A stretch of DNA of 64,000 nt from Bacteroidales bacterium. Lineage in GTDB: Bacteria; Bacteroidota; Bacteroidia; Bacteroidales; Bacteroidaceae. The stretch covers positions 8,672 to 72,671 of the forward strand of contig SFEP01000002.1 of assembly GCA_004557185.1 (NCBI GenBank), written 5' to 3'. The notes below the pieces were generated by a model, which saw only the letters and a program-made list of their open reading frames with translations, did not search any database and was not told where the DNA came from. Position 1 is the first letter of the stretch. Every line of letters begins with the position of its first letter. Below are positions 51,924 through 61,353 of this stretch, piece by piece. The translations under genes and the position numbers were made by a program.

Positions 51924-54806
51924 ATGGACACAAACCAGCCCATGCAAACCCCAGCCACCGACCCTACACGCGGACTCACGGCGGCCGAGGTGGCAAACAG
52001 CCGTGCCACACACGGCAGCAACGTGCTCACACCACCCGCCAAGGAGCCGCTGTGGCGCAAGTTTCTTGAGAAATTTACCGACCCCCTCATTGTCATCCTG
52101 CTCATCGCCGGCTTACTCTCCATCGGCATTGCCGTGTACGAGAAGTTCGGTCTGCACGAGGGCAACGAAGTTTTCTTCGAGCCCGTAGGCATCTTCGTGG
52201 CCATATTCCTCGCCACAGGTCTTTCCTTCTATTTTGAAATGAAAGCCGAAGAGGAATTTGCCCTGCTCAACCAAGTGAACGACGACGAGCCTGTGCAAGT
52301 CATGCGCGACGGCCACGCCACGCAGATAGCACGGCGCGACGTGGTGGTGGGCGACATCGTGTTCCTCGGCACAGGCAACGAGGTGCCGGCCGACGGCACG
52401 CTGCTGCAAGCCGTCAGTCTGGGCATCGACGAGAGCACGCTCACAGGCGAGCCCATCTGTCATAAGAGCACCGACGAAAAGGACTTCGACCCCGATGCCA
52501 CATTCCCCACCAACTACGCCCTGCGCGGCACCAAGGTGATGGAAGGCCATGGCGTGATGTGCGTTTGCGCTGTGGGCGATGCCACGGAGAACGGCCGCGT
52601 GTTCACCGCCGCACAGATTGACGACACGGTGAAGACGCCGCTCAACGAGCAGTTGGAGAAACTGGCGCGGGTCATTTCGGCCTTCAGTTACGGCGTGGCC
52701 GCCCTTATCATCATCGGGCGGCTGGCGGGCTGGTTCGACTGGCAACTGGCCGGCTGGCTGCCTGCTTTGCCCACGGCCTGCTTCTTCGCCTTGGTCATCA
52801 AGCAGTTTCCGCGCTGGTCGCGTAGCCGCTGCGTGGCAGCCATGGCAGCCTTTGCGCTGGTATTCCTGGCCACGCTGCTGGGCGTGCACCAACTCACAGG
52901 CGGCCACGACCTCAACGCCATGCTGGCACACACGCTGCAAACGCTCATGATTGCCGTCACGCTCATCGTGGTGTCGGTGCCCGAGGGCCTGCCCATGGCC
53001 GTCACGCTGGCGTTGGCACTGAGCATGCGGCGTATGCTCAAAACAAACAACCTGGTGCGCAAAATGCACGCCTGCGAAACCATGGGTGCTACCACCGTGA
53101 TTTGTACCGATAAAACGGGTACACTCACGCAGAACCAGATGTCGGTGCACGAAACCTTCCTCACGCCGCCCGCAGCCTGCGACGCTGTGCCCGGCATGCA
53201 GGGCGACGCCGTCATTGCTGAGGGCATCGCCGTCAATTCCACCGCCACGCTCGACCTCACACAGGCACGGCCTTCGGTGCTGGGCAACCCCACCGAGGGG
53301 GCACTGCTGCTGTGGATGCACGGCCAGGGGCTCGACTTCGAGAGCCTGCGTGCCCAGGCCACGAAACTGGAGGAACTGCCCTTCAGCACCGAGCGCAAAT
53401 ACATGGCCACCGTGGTGCAGAGCACGGCCTGCCCTGGCCAACGCGTGCTCTATGTGAAAGGAGCGCCTGAAATCGTCTACGGCCTGTGCAGCGGCAGCAC
53501 CGACGCCGCCCTCACGCAGGACGCACTGAACAGCCGCCTGCTGGCCTGCCAGGCCAAAGCCATGCGCACACTGGGCTTTGCCTTCCAAATTCTCAAACCC
53601 GGCGACGCCACCATCAGCGAGGGCCGCGTGGTGGCCGAGAGGCTGCAGTTCATTGGCTTCGCAGCCATTGCCGACCCCGTGCGTACCGAGGTGCCCGCAG
53701 CCATCAAGCAGTGCATCAGCGCCGGCATACGCATCAAGATTGTGACGGGCGACACGCCGGGCACGGCCAAGGAGATTGGTCGCCAAATCGGTTTATGGAA
53801 CGACTGCGACACCGACGACCACATCACCACAGGACCCGAATTTGCCGCCTTGAGCGACGAAGAACTGGAACGCCGCATTCTCGACATCAAAATCATTGCC
53901 CGTGCCCGTCCGCTCGACAAGAAACGCCTGGTGGAAACGCTGCAGCGCCTCGGGCAAGTGGTGGCCGTCACGGGCGACGGCACCAACGACGCACCTGCCC
54001 TGAAAGCAGCCCACGTGGGCCTCTCGATGGGCGACGGCACCAGCGTGGCGAAGGAAGCCAGCGACATCACCATTGTCGACAACTCGTTCTCGTCCATTGA
54101 GCGCGCCGTGATGTGGGGCCGTTCCCTCTACCGCAACATACAACGCTTCATCCTGTTCCAGATGACGGTAAACGTGGTGGCCTGCCTCATCGTGCTCTTC
54201 GGTGCATTCTTCGGCACGCAGTCGCCGCTCACGGTGACACAGATGCTGTGGGTGAACCTCATCATGGACACCTTTGCGGCCATGGCATTGGCATCGCTGC
54301 CGCCCTCGCAGCGGGTGATGCTCGACGCTCCGCGGCCACGCACCGCCTTCATCATCAGCCGTCCCATGCGGTGGACCATTGTGGGCATGGGCCTCTTCTT
54401 CACCGCCCTGCTGCTGGCGTTGCTCATCGTGTTCGAGCGCTACGACATCACCTCCCTCACCTGCCTGTTCCACCTCAACACCTGCTGCACAGCGCAGCCC
54501 GGCCTCACGCCTTACGAGCTGAGCCTCTTCTTCACGCTCTTCGTGATGCTGCAGTTCTGGAACCTCTTCAACTCGCGCGCTTTCGGCACGGGCCGTTCGG
54601 CATTCCACTTCAAGGACTGCGGCGGTTTCGTGGGCATTGCCACGCTCGTGGTGGTGGGTCAGGTGCTCATCGTCACCTTTGGCGGCCGCATGTTCAGTGT
54701 CACGCCGCTGAGCCTCACCGACTGGTGCATTGCCATCAGCGGCACGAGTCTCGTGCTGTGGGTGTTCGAGGCTTTCCACTTCATGCATCGCCTGCTGCAC
54801 CGCTAA
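51924..54806 (+). CDS. P2-type (Ca2+-translocating, PMCA-like) ATPase
   Basis: LTGE, VPEGLP, DKTGTLT, KGAPE, TGD, GDGTNDAPAL, LWVNLIMDT; -7 box at 51887. Confidence 0.93.
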   Translation: MDTNQPMQTPATDPTRGLTAAEVANSRATHGSNVLTPPAKEPLWRKFLEKFTDPLIVILLIAGLLSIGIAVYEKFGLHEGNEVFFEPVGIFVAIFLATGLSFYFEMKAEEEFALLNQVNDDEPVQVMRDGHATQIARRDVVVGDIVFLGTGNEVPADGTLLQAVSLGIDESTLTGEPICHKSTDEKDFDPDATFPTNYALRGTKVMEGHGVMCVCAVGDATENGRVFTAAQIDDTVKTPLNEQLEKLARVISAFSYGVAALIIIGRLAGWFDWQLAGWLPALPTACFFALVIKQFPRWSRSRCVAAMAAFALVFLATLLGVHQLTGGHDLNAMLAHTLQTLMIAVTLIVVSVPEGLPMAVTLALALSMRRMLKTNNLVRKMHACETMGATTVICTDKTGTLTQNQMSVHETFLTPPAACDAVPGMQGDAVIAEGIAVNSTATLDLTQARPSVLGNPTEGALLLWMHGQGLDFESLRAQATKLEELPFSTERKYMATVVQSTACPGQRVLYVKGAPEIVYGLCSGSTDAALTQDALNSRLLACQAKAMRTLGFAFQILKPGDATISEGRVVAERLQFIGFAAIADPVRTEVPAAIKQCISAGIRIKIVTGDTPGTAKEIGRQIGLWNDCDTDDHITTGPEFAALSDEELERRILDIKIIARARPLDKKRLVETLQRLGQVVAVTGDGTNDAPALKAAHVGLSMGDGTSVAKEASDITIVDNSFSSIERAVMWGRSLYRNIQRFILFQMTVNVVACLIVLFGAFFGTQSPLTVTQMLWVNLIMDTFAAMALASLPPSQRVMLDAPRPRTAFIISRPMRWTIVGMGLFFTALLLALLIVFERYDITSLTCLFHLNTCCTAQPGLTPYELSLFFTLFVMLQFWNLFNSRAFGTGRSAFHFKDCGGFVGIATLVVVGQVLIVTFGGRMFSVTPLSLTDWCIAISGTSLVLWVFEAFHFMHRLLHR

Positions 54807-54916
54807 GTGCGGCGCTGCATCGCCCCACCCTTTTCCCCCAAGAACCAACGCGGGAGGCTGCCCTTTGCTGGCAACCTCCCGCGTTCCTTTGGCGAAGATG
54901 TGTCAAAAGCGCTGCA

Positions 54917-56371
54917 CTACCGGCCGCGACTACATTTCCATAGAAAAACCATTCCCACTACCACCATGACGGCTGCACCCAATGCCACGCCCACACCGTA
55001 GGGCAACCCGAGCATTTGCTGACTGACAAAGAAGAACGTGGTACACACGAAGGTCATGAACAGGGCAGGCACGAACGTGAGCCAATAGGGCTTGTGCTGA
55101 CGGTGCAGGTAGACGGTCGCCATCCAGAGCACGAAGACGGCCAGCGTCTGGTTGCCCCACCCAAAGTAGCGCCACACCACCTGGAAGCCGTCGGGTCTGT
55201 CGATTTGCCACAGCGTGAGCACAGCAGCACACACAAAGAGCGGCAGGCTGATGCTCAAGCGTGCCACCACCTTGCGCTGCGACACGTGCAGAAAGTCGGC
55301 CACAATGAGGCGGGCGCTCCGAAAGGCCGTGTCGCCGCTTGTGATGGGCGCCGCCACCACGCCCAGCATGGCCAGCACGCCGCCCGCAAGGCCCAGCCAT
55401 TCGCGGCACACAAGGTTCACCACGGCAGGACCGTCGGTGTGCATGCCCGTCGCCGCGGCACCGGCCATCGCCTCGTAGCCCGGCGTGGGGGCGTTGTAGA
55501 AAAAGTACATGGCCACAGTGGCCCAAATGAGGGCTACGATGCCCTCGGTCACCATGGCGCCGTAGAACACGGGCCGCCCCAGCCGTTCGTTGCCCAGGCA
55601 GCGCGCCATCATGGGGCTCTGCGTGGCATGGAAACCGCTGATGGCGCCACAAGCAATCGTGATGAAGAGGGCAGGAAAAATGTGGCCGCCGCCCGTGGCT
55701 TCCTCGCCCGCAGCAGGCACTTGCAGGCCGTGCCACAACTCGGGCAGCGACGGCCACATGCACAGCAGGCACAAGGCCAGCGCCACGGCCATAAAGAGCA
55801 GGGCGAAGGCAAAGAGCGGATACACCTTGCCTATGATCTTGTCGATGGGCGTCATGGTGGCCACCACGTAATAGAGGAAGATAACTACAACCCACAGCGT
55901 AACGTTGCCCCACATGTGCCCCAGAATGGTCGCGGGGCTATACACAAAGACCACGCCCACCATGACGAGCAGGAACACCGAGAACACCAGCAGCAGGGCA
56001 CGGGTGCGGCGCCCCAGGTAAATGCCCACCAATTCGGGCACACCAGCGCCGTCGTGCCGCAACGAAATCATGGCACAGAGGTAGTCGTGCACGGCACCGG
56101 CAAAGAGGCAGCCAAGCACAATCCACAGGTAAGCCGACACGCCAAACTTGGCGCCCATGATGGCGCCGAAAATGGGTCCCGTGCCAGCAATGTTGAGAAA
56201 CTGTATCATGAAAATCTTCCACGTGGGCATGGCGATGTAGTCCACACCGTCGGGGTGGGCCTTGGCCGGCGTGAGGCGCGACGCATCGGGACCGAACACG
56301 CGTTCCACAAAGCGGCCGTAAACAAAATAGCCCGCCACGAGGGCTACAAGCGAAAGTAAGAAGGTAATCAT
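54917..56371 (-). CDS. cstA: Carbon starvation protein A family transporter
   Basis: DGVDY, QFLNIAGTGPIFG, GAVHDY, IACGAISGFH, TSGDTAFR, FGWGNQ. Confidence 0.92.
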   Translation of the reverse strand: MITFLLSLVALVAGYFVYGRFVERVFGPDASRLTPAKAHPDGVDYIAMPTWKIFMIQFLNIAGTGPIFGAIMGAKFGVSAYLWIVLGCLFAGAVHDYLCAMISLRHDGAGVPELVGIYLGRRTRALLLVFSVFLLVMVGVVFVYSPATILGHMWGNVTLWVVVIFLYYVVATMTPIDKIIGKVYPLFAFALLFMAVALALCLLCMWPSLPELWHGLQVPAAGEEATGGGHIFPALFITIACGAISGFHATQSPMMARCLGNERLGRPVFYGAMVTEGIVALIWATVAMYFFYNAPTPGYEAMAGAAATGMHTDGPAVVNLVCREWLGLAGGVLAMLGVVAAPITSGDTAFRSARLIVADFLHVSQRKVVARLSISLPLFVCAAVLTLWQIDRPDGFQVVWRYFGWGNQTLAVFVLWMATVYLHRQHKPYWLTFVPALFMTFVCTTFFFVSQQMLGLPYGVGVALGAAVMVVVGMVFLWKCSRGR

Positions 56372-56576
56372 AGGCTTGATGTGAAAAGGAAACCGCAATT
56401 TCATGAACCCCAAGCCTCAGCGCATTGGCACACTTGGCTTGGGCAGAAAATCGCACGAAATAACACGAAAACGACGGTGCGCCAGAAAACCGTGCTGGCA
56501 TGCTGGTGGCATCACCTGGCATGGCAGGGCGGCATTCTGGCGCACAAAATTACGGGGATGCGTCAGTTTACGCTAT

Positions 56577-57095
56577 TTATTTGCCAGCAAGGGGCGAAGG
56601 GGTGCTGTAAACGCGGGCTGCCAGCTCCTTGTCGAGGGCGTAGAGGCCGTAGCCGTTGTCGCCAATCATGCGCAACTGGTCGATGAGGGTCTGCGCGTTT
56701 TCCTCTTCCTCCACCTGCTCGTCGATGAACCACTTGAGCATGCTCTGCGTGGCGTAGTCGTTTTCAGAGAGGGTGAGCGCGAAAATGTCGTTGATGAGGC
56801 TCGTCACCTTCTGCTCGTGGGCCAAGGTGCTCTCAAATACGTCGAGGGCCGACTTCCACTCCGTAGGCACGGCATCGATGGGGGCCAGCGTCACTTTACC
56901 GCCGCGCTGCAGCACGTAGTTGAAGAAGATGCGGGCGTGGTCCTGCTCCTCGCGAAACTGTATTTCAAACCAGTTGGCCATTCCAGGCTTCCCTTCCTTG
57001 GCGCACCAGGCCGACATCGAAAGATAAAGGTATGCCGACCACATTTCGGCATTGATTTGGGCATTGATAGCCGCTTCGATTTTTGAGTTAAGCAT
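56577..57095 (-). CDS. ftnA: Non-heme ferritin
   Basis: QINAEMWSAYLYL, EEQDHA, HEQKVT, WFIDEQVEEE; -7 box at 57197-57204. Confidence 0.95.
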   Translation of the reverse strand: MLNSKIEAAINAQINAEMWSAYLYLSMSAWCAKEGKPGMANWFEIQFREEQDHARIFFNYVLQRGGKVTLAPIDAVPTEWKSALDVFESTLAHEQKVTSLINDIFALTLSENDYATQSMLKWFIDEQVEEEENAQTLIDQLRMIGDNGYGLYALDKELAARVYSTPSPLAGK

Positions 57096-57398
57096 ATTGC
57101 ATTATGTTTGTTTGATGAATTGGTTTCTCCATGACGGTGTATGGCCGTGCGCAGCGGGATGCGTGGCACAGCCTTTTGCCTGGCAAAGCATACATGCAAA
57201 AGTACTGCATCTTAGGGAAACGTGGTAGACTCTTCCTAAAAAAAATGTGTGTACTGGCGGGCTAAAGTGTGCCTGGCGGGGCTTCGTGAAGGCAAGGCAA
57301 CGCGGCTGTTTGTCACAAGAAGGGGGAAAACACATGGCATGCCCTACCCTGCACAGGGCAGCGGTGCGCGGCCGCATTTTCCACCCTCCCCACTCAAA

Positions 57399-57418
57399 AA
57401 TACCCTGTTTGCGGCATA
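57399..57418. promoter_or_regulatory. Candidate operator ATRCC-N8-GGYAT upstream of the LuxR regulator
   Basis: AATACCCTGTTTGCGGCATA, starting 42 bp before TAACTTTG (57441). Confidence 0.45.
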
Positions 57419-57494
57419 GGCGCATATGCCCTGCAGTTCGTAACTTTGCGGCGCTGCCGGCACGGTGCCGGCTGCCACTTAACGGACGACGAAC

Positions 57495-58451
57495 GTGATA
57501 CGAAACCACTACCAGGGCACCGACCGCATGAGCGACGTGATATGCGACGAGCCTGCCCTGCTGCAAATGATGAGCCGCTTCGGCATACCCCTCGGCGTGG
57601 CCGACAAAACGGTGACGCAGGTGTGCCAGGAGCACCACGTAGACACTGCCACCTTCCTGGCATTGGCCAACTTCATGAAGCAGGGGGCACGAGGGGCGGC
57701 CGAACATTTGCCACAGGTATCGGTGGCAGCACTCACCGACTACCTGCGCCGCGCCCACACCTACTTTCTCGACTACCAGTTGCCCGCCGTGAGGCGCAAA
57801 CTGCTTGAGGCGCTCGACTGCTCGCAAACGGCCGAGGTGTCGCTCCTCATCATCAAGTTCTACGACAACTACATGGGCGAGGTGCGCAAACACATGCAGC
57901 ACGAAAACCGCAAGGTCTTTGGCTACGTGGAGGGGCTACTGCGCGGCGAACGTACTGGCAATTACTCCATTGCCGACTTTGCCCGCAGTCACAGCAGCAT
58001 CGACGTGAAACTGCAGGAACTGAAAAACATCATCATCAAATACTACGCGCCCACCGAGCAGGCCGAATTGCTCCACTCCGCCCTCTACGACATCTTTACC
58101 TGCGAAAAGGACCTGCGCATGCACTGCCAGGTGGAGGACGACATCTTCGTGCCGGCCGTGCAGATACTCGAGAACCAGGTGGCCCTCACCGCACAGCCTG
58201 CCGATGCCCAAGCCGAAAACAAGGAAACGGCGGGCAACGTGCTCTCGGAGCGCGAACAGGAAATTGTGCACTGGGTGGTGTGCGGACTCTCCAACAAGCA
58301 GATTGGCGAACGCCTCTTCATTTCGCCCAACACGGTGCTCACGCATCGCAAGAACATTGCGCGCAAACTCGACATTCACTCCGTGGCCGGTCTTACCATC
58401 TACGCCATCGTCAACGGCATTGTGGAGATAGGCGACATCGGCCACGACTGA
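57495..58451 (+). CDS. LuxR-type HTH regulator with ScdA_N/hemerythrin-like sensor domain
   Basis: RFGIPLG...VCQEHHVD; H..F, HMQHE, HCQVEDDIF hemerythrin/RIC-like motifs; LSERE...SNKQIG..LFISPNTVLTHRKNI LuxR HTH. Confidence 0.88.
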   Translation: MIRNHYQGTDRMSDVICDEPALLQMMSRFGIPLGVADKTVTQVCQEHHVDTATFLALANFMKQGARGAAEHLPQVSVAALTDYLRRAHTYFLDYQLPAVRRKLLEALDCSQTAEVSLLIIKFYDNYMGEVRKHMQHENRKVFGYVEGLLRGERTGNYSIADFARSHSSIDVKLQELKNIIIKYYAPTEQAELLHSALYDIFTCEKDLRMHCQVEDDIFVPAVQILENQVALTAQPADAQAENKETAGNVLSEREQEIVHWVVCGLSNKQIGERLFISPNTVLTHRKNIARKLDIHSVAGLTIYAIVNGIVEIGDIGHD

Positions 58452-58490
58452 GGCCACGACACACCGTACGTTAGCTAATAGGGCGGGGAA

Positions 58491-58510
58491 AATGCCTACG
58501 GATGGGTATT
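58491..58510. promoter_or_regulatory. Candidate operator ATRCC-N8-GGYAT upstream of the porin gene
   Basis: AATGCCTACGGATGGGTATT, starting 41 bp before TAACTTTG (58532). Confidence 0.45.
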
Positions 58511-58567
58511 CCCCGCCATTTTTCGTGTAGATAACTTTGCCGCCGCAAACATCATTTCTTACAACGC

Positions 58568-59674
58568 ATGAACCGTACGTTACGTCTCCTTCTTCTCCCA
58601 TTATTATATGGGTGCTCCGCCGCCCTGTATGCCTCCGCCTCCCAGCCCTGCGCTCCTACCGACAGCACACCCCCTGCCACACGTAAGGTGGAGTGGGACG
58701 TGTCCCTACTCACGGAGGGGCAATGCCGCCTCAAGCACACGGCCGCGGCCTGGAACGGCGTGCTCAATGCCAGCCTGGCCGTGCCACTGTGGCAGGGGGC
58801 ACAGGCCGAGGCGGGCGCTCTGGCCACCTGGCACGTGGGACCGCAACTGGTCGACGTGAGGCAGGATTTCTCCTCTATCAACGCGGAAAGCCGCGCCGCC
58901 CGCCTGGTGCACGCAGGGCTGAGCCAGACGTGGAAATGCGGGCTGCAGGTGTTCGCCGGACTGCTGCAAGCCGACGAGCATTACTTCAACACCGAACTCT
59001 CGGGCCTCTTTACCAACGCCAGTTACGGCTGCTACCCTACCCTCAACGACAACCTCCACATCAACGTCTATCCCCTCTCCTCCCTCGGCCTGCACCTGCA
59101 GTGGGACCTGCACGAGCGCCTCACGCTCCGCACCACGCTGTGCAACGGTGTGGCGGCCGACACGCCTCGTGAGCAATTCCGTTTCCGACCGCGACGCGAC
59201 GGCGTCATCCTGCTGGGCAGCGCCGACTATTGCCGTCCCTCGCAGCGCGACGACGAACTGCCCACTCACTACGTGCTGGGCGGCAACGTGGGCAATCACT
59301 ACCGCACTGAATGGGGCCGTCGGCACACGCTGTGCGGCCTCTGGGCCACGGTGGAGCAGCCCCTGTGCCGCACGGGCCGCCTGCGCTGGAACGGGCTGCT
59401 GACCGCGGCTCACGAGTTCAACGACCCCGAAACGGCCAACAGCTACTGGAATGCGGCCCTCGCCGTGGAGCACATGACGCGCAAGGGTGGCACACTGGCC
59501 CTCGGCATCAGCAGGGCTTACTACACCGACGGGCACGAAACCGACGTGGAGGCCACTTTCTCCTTCCCCGTGTCGTCGTGGCTCTCGCTGCAGCCCGCCG
59601 TGCATTTCATCACCACCGACGGCCGTCGCAGCACAGTGGCCATGCTCCGCGTGTCACTTACGCCTTTCTCCTAA
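58568..59674 (+). CDS. OprB-like porin family outer-membrane protein
   Basis: Q.FSSI.A, F.....LFTNASYG..PT...N....YP.SSLG, ETDVEAT, LSLQPAVH, MLRV; beta-strand alternation. Confidence 0.7.
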   Translation: MNRTLRLLLLPLLYGCSAALYASASQPCAPTDSTPPATRKVEWDVSLLTEGQCRLKHTAAAWNGVLNASLAVPLWQGAQAEAGALATWHVGPQLVDVRQDFSSINAESRAARLVHAGLSQTWKCGLQVFAGLLQADEHYFNTELSGLFTNASYGCYPTLNDNLHINVYPLSSLGLHLQWDLHERLTLRTTLCNGVAADTPREQFRFRPRRDGVILLGSADYCRPSQRDDELPTHYVLGGNVGNHYRTEWGRRHTLCGLWATVEQPLCRTGRLRWNGLLTAAHEFNDPETANSYWNAALAVEHMTRKGGTLALGISRAYYTDGHETDVEATFSFPVSSWLSLQPAVHFITTDGRRSTVAMLRVSLTPFS

Positions 59675-59686
59675 ACCGCACCCCGT

Positions 59687-61045
59687 TCACGGCTCGGGCG
59701 CGGCCTCGTCGAGGCGGTTTTCCCACAGATAATGGCGCGTTTCCTTCACCACCACGCCCGACAGCAGCACGAGCGACACCAAGTTGGGCAGGGCCATGAG
59801 GGCGTTGAAAAAGTCGCCCAGGTTCCACACCAAACTGATGGCCGTCACCGAACCCGCAAAGGCGGCAGCAATCCACAGCACGCGGTAGATGATGCGTGCC
59901 CGGCGGCCTATGAGGAACTCCAGCGCCTTTTCGCCCAGATAACTCCAGCCCAGCAGGGTGCTGAAGGCAAACGTGGCGATGCCGATGCTCAGCAGCAGCG
60001 AGCCCACCACGGGTATTTGCGAAAAGGCCACCTTGGTGAGTGTGGCGCCGGCCCGCGAGTCTACCTCCGGACTGGCCAGCACCGAACTCACCAGCACTAC
60101 ACCCGTCAGGGCACATATCACCACCGTGTCCCAAAAGGGCGACGTGCTCGACACCAGCGCCTGCCGCACGGGGTTACGCGTCTGCGCCGCGGCAGCCACA
60201 ATGGGGGCTGAACCTAAGCCCGACTCGTTGCTGAAGAGGCCACGCGCCATGCCGTAGCGCATGGCCGTCATGAGCGTGGCGCCCACAAAGCCGCCCCCTG
60301 CAGCACGCGCCGAGAAGGCATCGGTCAAAATCAGTTGCAGCGCAGGCCACACATAGTGGTGGTTGCGCACCAGCAGCCACACGCAGCCCGCCACGTAGAA
60401 GAGGGCCATGAAGGGCACCAACCCCTCACACACACGGGCTATGCCCTTGATGCCAAAGAGGATGACGGCGCACGTCAGTGCCGCCAGCACCAGGCCCGTG
60501 CCCACGGGCGCTATGCCGTAGCCCTCGTGCAGCACAGTGGCTATGGAGTTGCACTGTATCATGTTGCCAATGAAGAAGGAGGCCACCGCCGTGCTCAAGG
60601 CAAAGGCCACCGCCAGCCAGCGGCAGTGCAGCCCATTCTGCAAGGCATACATGGGTCCGCCCAGCATTTTGCCGTCGGGCGTGCGCACCCTGTACTTGAT
60701 GGCCAGCAGGCCCTCGGCGTACTTGGTGGCAATGCCCAGCATGCCCGTCAGCCAGCACCAGAACACGGCGCCCGGTCCGCCCAACGTGACGGCCGTGGCC
60801 ACGCCAATGATGTTGCCCGTGCCGATGGTGCCCGCCAGACTGGTCGCAAGGGCTGAAAACTGACTGACGTCGCCCGCCGAACCGCGGTCGCGGGTAACGC
60901 TCAAACGGATGGCTTTGAGCAGATGGCGCTGCGGAAAACGCAGGCGGATGGTGAGAAACAGGTGGGTGGCCAGCAGCATGATAATCATAGGATAGCCCCA
61001 AAGCCATCCGTTCACCACCGTGAGCAGTTCGTTGAGCTCTTGCAT
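59687..61045 (-). CDS. Alanine/glycine:cation symporter (AGCS/AlsT family)
   Basis: TIGTGNIIGVATA, GGPGAVFW, GGPMY, RGLFSNESGLGS, DTVVIC, MALPNL. Confidence 0.94.
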   Translation of the reverse strand: MQELNELLTVVNGWLWGYPMIIMLLATHLFLTIRLRFPQRHLLKAIRLSVTRDRGSAGDVSQFSALATSLAGTIGTGNIIGVATAVTLGGPGAVFWCWLTGMLGIATKYAEGLLAIKYRVRTPDGKMLGGPMYALQNGLHCRWLAVAFALSTAVASFFIGNMIQCNSIATVLHEGYGIAPVGTGLVLAALTCAVILFGIKGIARVCEGLVPFMALFYVAGCVWLLVRNHHYVWPALQLILTDAFSARAAGGGFVGATLMTAMRYGMARGLFSNESGLGSAPIVAAAAQTRNPVRQALVSSTSPFWDTVVICALTGVVLVSSVLASPEVDSRAGATLTKVAFSQIPVVGSLLLSIGIATFAFSTLLGWSYLGEKALEFLIGRRARIIYRVLWIAAAFAGSVTAISLVWNLGDFFNALMALPNLVSLVLLSGVVVKETRHYLWENRLDEAAPEP

Positions 61046-61353
61046 AGATGAAATCGTTTAGAAAAGGGGCACAACGTTACACGTAGCCCCATTTTTCTGT
61101 TTTTGTGTCGTAAAAACCGTTATATAATGTGCAAAAATAAAGCATTTCCGCATACCAACAAAACCTTTGCGCCTATACTTGCTTTTGCACCACAGCCACA
61201 GCTCCCCGCCGAAAGCCCCATTCGTACTTTCATTTAAAATAATCAATGGAATACTTGTTGTTGCTTAGAATGTCCTTTAATGGATATTCTTTTGCTACAA
61301 TCTTTTTATTGTGTATTGTACTCATATTATTATCTGGCTATTATACATTTGTT

